This document shows, one piece after another, positions 46,177-56,705 of a stretch of DNA of 64,000 bases. The position numbers and the translations under genes are program-made. The DNA is taken from positions 12,859 to 76,858 of the forward strand of contig NYYS01000018.1 in NCBI GenBank assembly GCA_002685855.1, in the 5' to 3' direction. The notes under the pieces were generated by a model. It had not been told where the DNA came from, did no database searches, and saw only the letters and a program-made list of their open reading frames with translations. The DNA comes from Candidatus Woesearchaeota archaeon (GTDB lineage Archaea; Nanobdellota; Nanobdellia; Woesearchaeales; GCA-2685855). The first letter of the stretch is position 1. Every line of letters starts with the position of its first letter.

Positions 46177-47793
46177 ATGAAAAAAGAGGCCATACTACTT
46201 ATTTCAGTACTTTTAATTCTACCAATAACCTTAGCCGTCGACTGTGCAGATGTTCCTTATCCAGGAGCAGACGGATATCTCAACGAAAGCTATACACTAA
46301 CAGAAAATATTACCGCAAGCTCAAGGGGTCAGGTAAACAGATGTCTTAAGGTAACTGCAGATGATGTAACCCTTGATTGTAATGGATATACAATCGACAG
46401 CAAAAACATCAAACGCTCCAGCTTTTCAAGCATCGGCTATGACAGAATAACCGTCAAAAACTGTAACTTTATCAACTCAATAAGTAATGCTTTTGGCATC
46501 AATGCAGCAGAAGATGCACAAATACTCGACAACACCTTTGCAGATGATGATGCAGGATGGTCTGGTGACGGTGCACTTATTTCAGGAAACACCTTCCGTG
46601 ATCGATTTGGTATTGACGGTGATAATGCTGTAATAGAAAACAATGAATTTATAGTGAACCTGGGTATCGGCCAAGTGGCATTAAACATAGGTGGCTATTC
46701 CACGAATAATCTCATACGTTTCAACACCTTTCGTCAACCCGAACAAATAGGCGCAGGATTAAAACAAGGGCATGCCATCTATACTACCACTAGCGCTCAC
46801 TTTAATAATATTACAAACAACACTATTGAAGGGTTTAACACAGGAATAAATTTCTGGACATTTGCAGGATATACTGAGATCTACCATAACTACTTTGCGA
46901 ATAACTCTGTGAACGATTCCAACTTTGCAGTTCACGGAAACTATGGAGATCTTAACGAAGTTGCTGATAACACCTTTGCAGCAAACACCGTTGGGGTCTA
47001 TTTTGAAGGATCTGTTGACAATGTACTGTGGGGAAACAATTTTCAGTTTCCTGACGTTGTAAACTACTGGGATACAGACAACAACCATTACTGTAGTGGA
47101 GGAATAGAGAACGACTATGAATTTATGGATAATCTCCTGAATATGACCTTAGAAGAGTTTCATTCCTTTGTTATACAAAAAGAAGCAGATCTTTCCCTGC
47201 TCCACCTTGAACTTCCGTTCACCTACGAACTTCTCAACGAAACAAACAACTACTCTGTGAACATTACCTTGCCAGACTGTAATCAGACAAAGGATAATCA
47301 ATCCAACCAAAGCCTGGCGATGAGTGGAGATTTTCTGAAAGAGCTTTCAGACCCTGTCCTTTTTGATCTCGTGGAGCTTCAAAATGGCTTTCTCATGGCT
47401 CTGGATCCTTGGGATGGATTTAAATACTTCTACAATGAAAATGCCTGGAACGGCGATGTTATGGTCCATCAACCAAACGGACAAACAGATTACTGGGTGT
47501 GGGAAGTCCATTCAACACCAAACACCTACCGGGTTTGGGTCTATATTCCTGTTGACCCCATCTATGTCGGAAGCTATGCTAAACAAGCAATGTACTATAT
47601 CAAACATGCAAACGGCATGGACAAAGTAATCCTGGATCAACGCCTGGCAGGAAGTGATTGGGTAAACTTAGGAGACTATACTTTTGATGAATCCAGCTAT
47701 CAGGGTGTCGCCCTAATTGGAGGAAACGGACGAGGACATACCTTGGCAGATGCATTTAGGGCAGAAAGTATTGGGCCGCCACAGTACGATTAG
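46177..47793 (+). CDS. secreted parallel beta-helix repeat protein (538 aa)
   Basis: Signal peptide 'AILLISVLLILPITLA'. Repeated 'N..I.NN.F' beta-helix rungs. Many N-x-S/T sequons. Balanced composition; AT-rich promoter region upstream. Confidence 0.5.
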   Translation: MKKEAILLISVLLILPITLAVDCADVPYPGADGYLNESYTLTENITASSRGQVNRCLKVTADDVTLDCNGYTIDSKNIKRSSFSSIGYDRITVKNCNFINSISNAFGINAAEDAQILDNTFADDDAGWSGDGALISGNTFRDRFGIDGDNAVIENNEFIVNLGIGQVALNIGGYSTNNLIRFNTFRQPEQIGAGLKQGHAIYTTTSAHFNNITNNTIEGFNTGINFWTFAGYTEIYHNYFANNSVNDSNFAVHGNYGDLNEVADNTFAANTVGVYFEGSVDNVLWGNNFQFPDVVNYWDTDNNHYCSGGIENDYEFMDNLLNMTLEEFHSFVIQKEADLSLLHLELPFTYELLNETNNYSVNITLPDCNQTKDNQSNQSLAMSGDFLKELSDPVLFDLVELQNGFLMALDPWDGFKYFYNENAWNGDVMVHQPNGQTDYWVWEVHSTPNTYRVWVYIPVDPIYVGSYAKQAMYYIKHANGMDKVILDQRLAGSDWVNLGDYTFDESSYQGVALIGGNGRGHTLADAFRAESIGPPQYD

Positions 47794-47830
47794 GCCACTT
47801 TTTCTCTTTTTTTTCTCTTTTTTTATCAAC

Positions 47831-47944
47831 AAATACAGAAATATTTATAAATAACTGGGTGAATAAACACATAAATACAGAAATTATATAACACACAAAA
47901 ACAGAAAACGAATACAGAAATTAACATACAAATGCAGAAAAACA
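47831..47944 (+). repeat. array of A/T-rich direct repeats (consensus AATACAGAAAT) upstream of the HTH gene and giant surface-protein gene
   Basis: 'aaatacagaaat' at 47831, 47873 and 47911, plus degenerate 'aaaaacagaaaac' (47897) and 'aaatgcagaaaaac' (47931). Spacing ~42, ~38 and ~21 bp. Confidence 0.45.
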
Positions 47945-48456
47945 GGGGAAAACCAGAGCCAAAGCAAGATCTTTCTAGCCTGAGCGATCTCGAACTCTTC
48001 CAGGAACTCGGAAAAAGACTCGCAGAAAAACACCAAACAGATCCTTCCACTCTTCTCATCCCCACACCCACTCCCCAAAACACCATCCCTCTCCCCATCT
48101 TTACAGGATCCCTTTCTCCCCTAGAAGCCGTTGTCAAATACCTCCACGAAAACCACAAACTCTCATTCACCGCAATCGGAATCAAACTCAACCGCTCGGT
48201 AAAAACAATCTGGCAAGCCTACCAAACAGCAAAAAAGAAGATGCCAGAACCCTTCACACCCTTCAAAGGAGAAACACTCCCCCTCTCAGAACTCTCAAAC
48301 AGAACCTTCTCACTCTACGAAAACCTCGTTCTTTACCTTTCAAAAAAACACCGCCCGAAAGAGATCGCCCTCCTCATCAACAGACCCCAACGAAACATTA
48401 ATACAATCCTTAGCAGAGCACGAAAAAAAGATCAACAAACAAAAACAGAATCATGA
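47932..48456 (+). CDS. small HTH protein with sigma-70 region-4-like helix-turn-helix segments; candidate regulator of the downstream giant gene
   Basis: 'LSFTAIGIKLNRSVKTIWQAYQTAKKKM' and 'EIALLINRPQRNINTILSRARKK' resemble region-4/LuxR-type HTH. Overlaps the start of the 2750-aa ORF by 4 nt. Confidence 0.35.
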   Translation: MQKNRGKPEPKQDLSSLSDLELFQELGKRLAEKHQTDPSTLLIPTPTPQNTIPLPIFTGSLSPLEAVVKYLHENHKLSFTAIGIKLNRSVKTIWQAYQTAKKKMPEPFTPFKGETLPLSELSNRTFSLYENLVLYLSKKHRPKEIALLINRPQRNINTILSRARKKDQQTKTES

Positions 48457-51400
48457 ATAAAAAACAAAAAGCAAAACAAATACCCTCAGAAGGGAAATTA
48501 CTCCTACTAGTCCTATTCATACTTACAACTACACTTATCTACTACATCCAGCCAGCCTTCATCGCATTCATCATCTACGACGAAACCAGCATCACACTTC
48601 AACTCAACCAAACAATAACAGAAGATACATTCCTGCCTCTCGAAATCGGAAAAGTAGACTCCATCCATATCAAAGGCCATCTTATAGGAAACGGAACCGC
48701 AACCATAAAACTCGACCAACCAGGAAAAAACCTTCTCATCTATGAGAAAACAGGCTCTAAAGTAAATCCCCTCATCCCCAACGATCCACCCTCCGACTCA
48801 CCCCTTCAAACAACAATAACCTACGGAAACAACCCAAACTTCGACACAGACAACAACGGATGGGAACTCACCACTAATGCAATCGACTACACCGTAGAAA
48901 CAACCAACACCCAAAAATACAACCAAAGCACACTCTGCACTCGCTGGGCACTTAACAACCAATACATAGAATGCAACGGAAATGCAATGTGCTGCCTCTT
49001 CACAGGCATTGAACAAAGAACAGAACAATGGAACGCCCCTTTCAGCCTTCACGACCAACTCCTTGGAGTAAAACAAGCAAACCTCATCACAGCACAACTC
49101 ATCTCAACAACAATCAACTACACCAACATCACAACACAACCCGGATCAACACAATCCCTTCCAGGGTATTTCATCGACAACACTCTCCAATCGCCAATCG
49201 ACCACTGCGGAGAAACCTGCACCTTTGAAGGAACCCAGGATCCCCGTCTAAAAATAGAACTCCACAACGCAGTCCTTTACATCGACACAATCACCTACAC
49301 CCCCTACTCCGAAAACAAACCACCCACACTCCAAAAAAGCACCCACAAACTCTACTCCGGAGCAACACTCAAATTCACAGAACTCTTCCACGATCCAGAT
49401 AAAGACAATCTCACAATAACAATCACAAACACAACAAACCTCACACTAACAAAAACCCACCAAGGATATAAAATAGAAGGAAAAAAAGGAAACTACACCC
49501 TTGAAATAGAAGCCAAAGACCACCGCTACACAATAACAGAAAAGATAAACCTCACCCTCAAGGATTTCAACCTGGAAACCCTCCTCAACAAAAACAAAAA
49601 AGAAAAAACTGATGAAAAACCCTCTGTAAAGATAACCGGCCCCGCCGAAATCAAAGGAATCTACAAACACCCTCAAAAACAAAGCCCCTTCAAAGGAATA
49701 CAATTCGGCGCATTCATCCAAGAAGGAGATGTAGAAATAGGAATAAAAAATAAAGGCCTGCTCCTCCTCAAAGATGCAAACTACGCCGGCCTTGAAGAAA
49801 TACAGGTCAGAACACCCCCAAGCAGAAGATATGCCACAGACATCATCGCAGTAAACGACATCCAACTCAAAGAAGCAGTCTTTGTACTCCCCAAACAATC
49901 ACCAATAACCCAAATACAACACTGCCCCAACTGGAACTTTGAAGAACAAAGCTGTCCAAAATGGGAAGATGCAGGAGTGGCATTTGCACAAAACCAAACC
50001 CATGTCTGGTGGGTAGCAGACCACTTCTCAGGATGGGTAGGACTCAGCTACGGCTTTGACGATTTCGAATATGATGACGATAATAACTATTGTACAGACA
50101 CACCATCTCTTGAAAACTGGATGACAGTTTCCTGTGAAGCAAATGCGGGCTCGTTCAACCTCACAACAGACAACTGCTACTTAGGATCCTCCTGTGGAAA
50201 TGTAACCAACACAGACTCACAAGATGCTGCAAACGATGTAACAATAGTCTACAACTCCAATCTCTCTTCAGCAGAGATCGTCGACCAAAGAGTCTACTTC
50301 AAAGAGGACTGTGCAAACCCCCTCTCCGGAGGAAACGGAGATACCTACATAATGGGATTAACAAGAGGATCAGGAGCAGCAGTTGCCAGAATGGGCTTCA
50401 ATAGTGAAGGCCTTCTTGGTTGCCAACGAAGAAATATGTCAGACAGCCTAGCAAACTGCGCAGGACAAACAGCACAAAACCTCACCTGTGGACGATGGTA
50501 CTATCTCGAAATCCATTACGACACAAGAGTAAACAACCTTACCTGCTATGTCAACGGAACACCCTTCTGCTCAGAAGAAGGAGTAGTCATATTCAGAGAC
50601 AACGTAACAATAGAGGCCATAGGAATCCTCCCAACTTCAGACTACCAAAACAACGAAACATTCTTCCTCGACGAATACCACACCGCCGACAAATACCTTG
50701 GAGGCTACCCTTGGGTAGAAGATCTCAACCACACAACCAGATTCGTCACACCCGGCACCGACCTAACAATAAACGCAACAATCTACGACAACGATGTCAT
50801 CAACGGAACCCTCGGCACCGTGCTACTAGAAGGAAACTGGAGCGGAGTAATGACCAACTATACCCCCACAAGTTCAGGATCCAAATACTTCTACAAAGTC
50901 GGACGAGGAAACTTCTCAAGCAACGACTCAGTAGGCTACCGCTGGTATGCAAACGACACCATCAACCAACAATACTACTCCCCCCTGCAAATAATCACAA
51001 TAGAAAACAGATTCATCCTTGACACAGATCAAAATAACCTCACAGATCTCTTTCTCAGCAGCCTTCTTCTCGCAGACGTAGACAACGACTCAGACCTCGA
51101 CCTCTATCTCTCAGGAGCAACAGCAATACCTGGCGGAAACGTATTTTCCGGACTCTACCTCAACAACGGATCTGGACTCTTCACAGACACACTTCAAGCC
51201 AACTTCATTGCACTCAGAGAAGGATCATCCACCTTTGGCGATACAAACAATGATGGACTCCCCGACCTCATAATCTCAGGATTAAATAGCGGATCAAGAT
51301 ACACAAGAGGCTATATCAACAATCTATCAAATCCAGGAACATTCTACAACGACACCTCATCGAGTTACAATCCTCTTTCCCTTAGCAGTTTTGCACTTGC

Positions 51401-54400
51401 AGATTATGATGCAGACGGAGACTATGATCTCATCGCAACAGGACTTTTTGCAGCCGGAGAAGGAGCAGGAATTAACACATTTACAGATGGTGTATCAGCT
51501 CTTGATACAACCCATATCAACAACTTCACAAACGTATCCCGTCCAGCACTTCTATTAGCAGATATAGATAGTGATGGAGACCTTGACATCTTCATGACAG
51601 GACAAACAGAAGCCACCCCCCTCTACACAGGAATCTACCTCAACAACGGCTCAGGAAGATACATACAAGACCAATCACAGGCAAACCTCCTCGCAATCTT
51701 TAATGGAGCAGCAGTAGCAGCAGACATAGATGCAGATGGAGACATCGACATCATCATCGCAGGAGACTCAAACGAAACAACCACAAAAAACTACACAATG
51801 GAGGTCCTCCTCAACGACGGAAATGGAAACTTCTCAATAGACAGTCAACAAGACAACCTCACCGGACTCGATTTTGCTTCACTCGCAGTAGGAGATATCG
51901 ACCTCGACGGAACAATAGACATCTTTGCAATGGGAAACACCTCAAATGGACCTGCTGCATTCACCTATCTCAACAACGGATCCGGCTACTTCAAAGAAGA
52001 CGAATCATTCTCAGCAATGCCCCTTCATTACGGAAGCGCAGCCCTTGCAGATATTGATAACGACGACGACCTTGATCTTATCATCTCAGGAACAAACAAC
52101 ACCTATCGTAACTACACTCTTGTCTACAAAAACCAGATCAACAGAAACATGACCAACCGCCCCCCTGTAGCTCCCACAGGCATCGACTGGAACAGATCCG
52201 GAAGCAACGGCAAACTCGAACTAAACTGGTCCATAGGAACAGACAATGCAACAGGAGCAAACGCAGTCACACCTGACAACGCAATAACCTATCACCTCAG
52301 TCTCGGAACAACTCCCGGCGCATCAGACATCATGAGCAGATCCTATGGAGGATTCTCCAACCCGAGCAACGGCCACCTTGGAAACAGACTCCAATCAAGA
52401 AACCTCTCACTCTACCTCGAAGGAACCTACTATGCTACCATCCAATCAATAGACGCACAAGGAAAACTCTCCGACGACAACCTAACATTACTAACTAATC
52501 AACCACCAACACATTCAGCCCCCATACTCAACACCTCCCCCCTCAACAACAACCGAACAAGTGAAAACTTTACCTGCTACAACCAAACAACCTACGACTT
52601 CGACAACGACACAATCGTAAACGCCTACAAGTTCTACAGAAACAGCACTTCAGCAGTCATCGTGCAAGCAAGCTTTGAGGACAACAGCACAACCATTGAA
52701 AACTTCCCACCGCTCACAGAATCAGGAACAAACTATACAAACGGCTACCAAGGAAGAGGAATCTACATAGATGACAACGACCAACTCAACTATAGTGCAA
52801 CCTCCCTTCTTACAGCTGAAGAGGCCACGATCGAGCTCTGGACACGCTTCGACTGGGACCCCGGAGCAACCGGAGACACAAACCACACACTTATATCCTT
52901 CGGAAACCAATCAAGCTATCAGAATACAGGAATACTTTTCTACAACGACGTATACAATCTCCTCGCCCTTACCCTATTTGGTGAAACAGGATCTCCTCGT
53001 ACAGTAAGCTACGGAATAAGCGATATCAACCCAAACGAATGGCACCACATACTCGTATCATGGGACTACAACAACGGAACAGGAATAGAGATGGAACTCT
53101 ACCTTGATGGAGCTCTCGTAGACAACACTCCCTCTTCCCAAACAGCCCTTACTGTGAATTCAGGAGGAACAGGAGGAGACGGTGTCTTCATAGGGAGATA
53201 CAACGACATAGCCTATGCAAACGCAACAATTGACGAACTCTACATCTGGAACGTTCAGATGGGCCTTGAAAAAGCAGTCCAAAGCAATGCAACAAACTAC
53301 GGCTTTGTTCCATCTGGATCAACCAACAAAAACGAAACCTGGACCTGCGAAGTAACACCTCAGGACAGATACACAAGAGGCCTCCCATCAAACTCCAGCC
53401 AGATCCTAATGCTCTCACAACTACAAGTTGATCTAAACGACCCAGACAACGGAACAACAAACCAGCTTTTCACAAACGTATCCTACAATTGCAGTGCAGA
53501 ATCCTCTTCAGTTTTATCAAATATAACCCTCTATCCTGACTTCGAAGGATGGCAACAGAACGGAACAACCACCACCTCAGGACTCAACAACTCCATAAAC
53601 ATAACAAGATCCTACGAAGGATTAATCACAGGAGATAAACAACGCTTTACAGACGGAAGAATTCTCTGGAACTGTAGAGTAAATGATTCATCAGGAGAAT
53701 CAGCCATAGCAACAACAAATTCCACATTCAGCAACTGGGACCTCGGAAACCACTCCAACACTTCCCTCATCAACAACCGCCTCAGTCTCATAAAAAACAC
53801 CTCAAACGAATATGAAAACCTAACAGGAACATTCGACAGCAGAGTCTTCGATGGCGGTGTAGGAGCCTACTGGGATAACTTTTCATGGAAACCTCTCACA
53901 CCCTATGGTGTTGGCCTCTTCAACACCACAAACATACTCTATCACTTTGACAACTCTTCAGATCTGCAAGAAGACAACGGAACCTATACCGATGCAACAC
54001 TCCAGGGCACCAACTGCTCATCAAGCGGAACATCGGTTCCACTATTAGACACAGAAAAGATCTTCGGAACATTTGCAGTCGATTTCGACGGAACAGACGA
54101 CTATATCTCCTGTAATGACACAACTTTATTAAACCTTTCAGGAATATACTCGATCTCGTTCTGGATCAGAACCAATGCAACAAACGTTCCCATATTCGCA
54201 AAAAATGATTATGCAGGAACTCCTGCAGGTTTCCAATTCCAAATAACCTCAAACGGCACAGCAGCATTCAAGGCAACACGATCAGGAACAACAATGTACC
54301 TAGAAGGAACAACAAACATATCCGATGACAGATGGCACCACATCTCAACAAGACACATACAACTTGTCATGCCCGGACCATCATTATCACAGAACATATC

Positions 54401-56705
54401 TCTTTATGTTGATGGAGTATACGAAGCAGGAGCTATAGGTGCAATATTTTTCAATCTTAAAACAGCAGCCAGACTTGAAATAGGAAGAAACGACACCTCC
54501 TACTACGACGGACTAATTGATGAGCTTTCAATAACTTCTTTAATGCCCGAAAAGAACCATAGTTACGAATTCGAACGAGGCCTCTCAAACTTAACATTCC
54601 AGGTACGAAGCGATGCAGACAACGCCAGCTGGCCCGCCCACCTCGGACCAGACGGAACAGCAAACACCTTCTTCACAAACTGGACACACTCCGAATTAAA
54701 TGTATCCAAAAACCGCTACTTCCAATACAGAGTCTTCCTCAACTCATCACGAAACAGCATCACCCCAGGACTCGAACGAGTACTCATAAACTATACACCT
54801 AACCCCCCACCAAACTTTGGAAATGTAACTCTCCAGAACAACTTCCATCTCTTTGATGGAAACGGAATAGACCTCGGAGCAGTCGTTGTAAACGATACCT
54901 ACATCGACAACGGAACAAGTGATGGAGGATCAAATGCAACAAACTACAATAACCAAAGCCAAATGATCATGATGCAATTTAACTCTACAGATAGAACAGA
55001 AAGACGCGGCATCTTCGCATTTGAAACCGACCAGGTAAAAATTGTAAACATCTCTAACGCCACCCTAGAACTATTCGCAATAGCAGTTAACCAGACACTT
55101 CAGAACATAAGTCTTCATAGGGTAACCTCTACCTGGAACGTCGACGTAGTAAGCTTTATCAACAGAACAACTTCAGGACTATGGACAACACCTGGAGGAG
55201 ACATTACAGCAGCAGAAGAAAGTTGGACAAACCTAACAACAAGCAACAGCTGGCATAACTGGACAATAACCAATATCGTCCAAAACTGGCTCAACGGAAG
55301 CTGGTCAAACCAAGGAGTACTACTCAAACCATCAGGATACGGAACAAACAAAAACAGCCAATGGGCAGACAGCTCAAGAAGATACTTAAATCCTCGCCTC
55401 GTAATCCGCTGGAACATTCCCTCCCTTTCAATCGTCGAAAACCTTAACACAACACTAAACCTATCACTCTACTTTTCCGACACATACGGAGAAGAACTCA
55501 ACTATACTGTAAACGCAAGCTCAAACTTCACCACCTCAATCGACCAGACAACAGGCATCGTAAACATAAGCCCGCAAGCAGGCTTCATAGGTAATGGAAC
55601 ACTCATCGCATCTGCAACAGACGGCTACCAATCTACAAACAGCAACAACTTCACCGTAAACATACGAGCAGACACACCATCAATCATACTCAACGCATCA
55701 CCTGACCTTCCAAACGCCACACAAAACCTCACCTGTAACATAACAGCTGCAGATAACCAAACCGCAAACCTCACCGTAGAATGGTACTGGTATAACAGCT
55801 CAACAGTCTTCAATTCAGGAAACACAACCGTACAAAACAACACAGAAACCACTATCGCCACTGTAAACTCTGCAAACACCCTAAAAGACCAAGTCTGGAA
55901 CTGCACCGCAAGAGTAAACAGAAGCATCCGCTTCTCACCCTATGTAACAGATAGCCTCACGATTGTAGGAACCCCTCCCTCTACGCCCGTACCCCTCACA
56001 CCAACAAATGGAAACACAACCTTCCGTGACCGCCAGGTTAACTTTACCTGGCAGGCAGCCACAGACGTCGACAACGACTCAATAACCTATGCAATAGAAG
56101 TCAACAACTCCGTCTGCCCAAACATACGAAACGACTCAATCAACACAACCTACTACCTCTCATCAATACAACTCTGTACAGACGACGAAGCAGCCTCCAA
56201 CCTCTACTATTGGAGAGTTGTAGCTAGTGACGGAACACAAAACGGAACCTATTCCTCAATATTCAACTTTTCCATAGAACCCTATGTAACAATAACAATA
56301 GATCCTAACAGTGTAGGATTCGGAACAGGCTATGGAAGAGGAGCGACAAACGACACAACAAATGATAGTCCCCCGCCCTTCACAATACGCAACGATGGAA
56401 ACGTTGTCGCAAACCTGACAAACATAACTGCAAACCAAACACTCTGGGGAAGCTCAAGCGCAGGACTCGGAACACGCTACATGAGAGTACGTGCCTCAAA
56501 CAGCACAGAAGCAAACAGCTACAACGACTCAGGATCGATCACAAACTTCACAAACCTTAACTCATCCATCCCAAACGTCATTGCACAACTCAACTACAAC
56601 GACAGCAGCGACGAAGTAGACGTAGATCTCTCAATCGAAGTACCTGCTGACGAAGTCGCAGGAGCAAAAAACACCACAATACTATTCATATGGCAACAAT
56701 CATGA
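48453..56705 (+). CDS. giant (2750 aa) secreted/surface protein: N-terminal TM/signal, FG-GAP (integrin-alpha-like beta-propeller) repeats, two LamG/ConA-like lectin domains, many Ig-like beta domains, very rich in N-glycosylation sequons
   Basis: Seven 'LADxDxDGDxDL..SG' FG-GAP/VCBS-like blades (51.06-52.10 kb). LamG-like 'TIELWTRFDWDP...WHHILVSWDYNNG...ELYLDGALV...DELYIWN' and 'YSISFWIRTNAT...WHHISTRH...SLYVDGVY'. More than 150 N-x-S/T sequons. Confidence 0.7.
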   Translation: MNKKQKAKQIPSEGKLLLLVLFILTTTLIYYIQPAFIAFIIYDETSITLQLNQTITEDTFLPLEIGKVDSIHIKGHLIGNGTATIKLDQPGKNLLIYEKTGSKVNPLIPNDPPSDSPLQTTITYGNNPNFDTDNNGWELTTNAIDYTVETTNTQKYNQSTLCTRWALNNQYIECNGNAMCCLFTGIEQRTEQWNAPFSLHDQLLGVKQANLITAQLISTTINYTNITTQPGSTQSLPGYFIDNTLQSPIDHCGETCTFEGTQDPRLKIELHNAVLYIDTITYTPYSENKPPTLQKSTHKLYSGATLKFTELFHDPDKDNLTITITNTTNLTLTKTHQGYKIEGKKGNYTLEIEAKDHRYTITEKINLTLKDFNLETLLNKNKKEKTDEKPSVKITGPAEIKGIYKHPQKQSPFKGIQFGAFIQEGDVEIGIKNKGLLLLKDANYAGLEEIQVRTPPSRRYATDIIAVNDIQLKEAVFVLPKQSPITQIQHCPNWNFEEQSCPKWEDAGVAFAQNQTHVWWVADHFSGWVGLSYGFDDFEYDDDNNYCTDTPSLENWMTVSCEANAGSFNLTTDNCYLGSSCGNVTNTDSQDAANDVTIVYNSNLSSAEIVDQRVYFKEDCANPLSGGNGDTYIMGLTRGSGAAVARMGFNSEGLLGCQRRNMSDSLANCAGQTAQNLTCGRWYYLEIHYDTRVNNLTCYVNGTPFCSEEGVVIFRDNVTIEAIGILPTSDYQNNETFFLDEYHTADKYLGGYPWVEDLNHTTRFVTPGTDLTINATIYDNDVINGTLGTVLLEGNWSGVMTNYTPTSSGSKYFYKVGRGNFSSNDSVGYRWYANDTINQQYYSPLQIITIENRFILDTDQNNLTDLFLSSLLLADVDNDSDLDLYLSGATAIPGGNVFSGLYLNNGSGLFTDTLQANFIALREGSSTFGDTNNDGLPDLIISGLNSGSRYTRGYINNLSNPGTFYNDTSSSYNPLSLSSFALADYDADGDYDLIATGLFAAGEGAGINTFTDGVSALDTTHINNFTNVSRPALLLADIDSDGDLDIFMTGQTEATPLYTGIYLNNGSGRYIQDQSQANLLAIFNGAAVAADIDADGDIDIIIAGDSNETTTKNYTMEVLLNDGNGNFSIDSQQDNLTGLDFASLAVGDIDLDGTIDIFAMGNTSNGPAAFTYLNNGSGYFKEDESFSAMPLHYGSAALADIDNDDDLDLIISGTNNTYRNYTLVYKNQINRNMTNRPPVAPTGIDWNRSGSNGKLELNWSIGTDNATGANAVTPDNAITYHLSLGTTPGASDIMSRSYGGFSNPSNGHLGNRLQSRNLSLYLEGTYYATIQSIDAQGKLSDDNLTLLTNQPPTHSAPILNTSPLNNNRTSENFTCYNQTTYDFDNDTIVNAYKFYRNSTSAVIVQASFEDNSTTIENFPPLTESGTNYTNGYQGRGIYIDDNDQLNYSATSLLTAEEATIELWTRFDWDPGATGDTNHTLISFGNQSSYQNTGILFYNDVYNLLALTLFGETGSPRTVSYGISDINPNEWHHILVSWDYNNGTGIEMELYLDGALVDNTPSSQTALTVNSGGTGGDGVFIGRYNDIAYANATIDELYIWNVQMGLEKAVQSNATNYGFVPSGSTNKNETWTCEVTPQDRYTRGLPSNSSQILMLSQLQVDLNDPDNGTTNQLFTNVSYNCSAESSSVLSNITLYPDFEGWQQNGTTTTSGLNNSINITRSYEGLITGDKQRFTDGRILWNCRVNDSSGESAIATTNSTFSNWDLGNHSNTSLINNRLSLIKNTSNEYENLTGTFDSRVFDGGVGAYWDNFSWKPLTPYGVGLFNTTNILYHFDNSSDLQEDNGTYTDATLQGTNCSSSGTSVPLLDTEKIFGTFAVDFDGTDDYISCNDTTLLNLSGIYSISFWIRTNATNVPIFAKNDYAGTPAGFQFQITSNGTAAFKATRSGTTMYLEGTTNISDDRWHHISTRHIQLVMPGPSLSQNISLYVDGVYEAGAIGAIFFNLKTAARLEIGRNDTSYYDGLIDELSITSLMPEKNHSYEFERGLSNLTFQVRSDADNASWPAHLGPDGTANTFFTNWTHSELNVSKNRYFQYRVFLNSSRNSITPGLERVLINYTPNPPPNFGNVTLQNNFHLFDGNGIDLGAVVVNDTYIDNGTSDGGSNATNYNNQSQMIMMQFNSTDRTERRGIFAFETDQVKIVNISNATLELFAIAVNQTLQNISLHRVTSTWNVDVVSFINRTTSGLWTTPGGDITAAEESWTNLTTSNSWHNWTITNIVQNWLNGSWSNQGVLLKPSGYGTNKNSQWADSSRRYLNPRLVIRWNIPSLSIVENLNTTLNLSLYFSDTYGEELNYTVNASSNFTTSIDQTTGIVNISPQAGFIGNGTLIASATDGYQSTNSNNFTVNIRADTPSIILNASPDLPNATQNLTCNITAADNQTANLTVEWYWYNSSTVFNSGNTTVQNNTETTIATVNSANTLKDQVWNCTARVNRSIRFSPYVTDSLTIVGTPPSTPVPLTPTNGNTTFRDRQVNFTWQAATDVDNDSITYAIEVNNSVCPNIRNDSINTTYYLSSIQLCTDDEAASNLYYWRVVASDGTQNGTYSSIFNFSIEPYVTITIDPNSVGFGTGYGRGATNDTTNDSPPPFTIRNDGNVVANLTNITANQTLWGSSSAGLGTRYMRVRASNSTEANSYNDSGSITNFTNLNSSIPNVIAQLNYNDSSDEVDVDLSIEVPADEVAGAKNTTILFIWQQS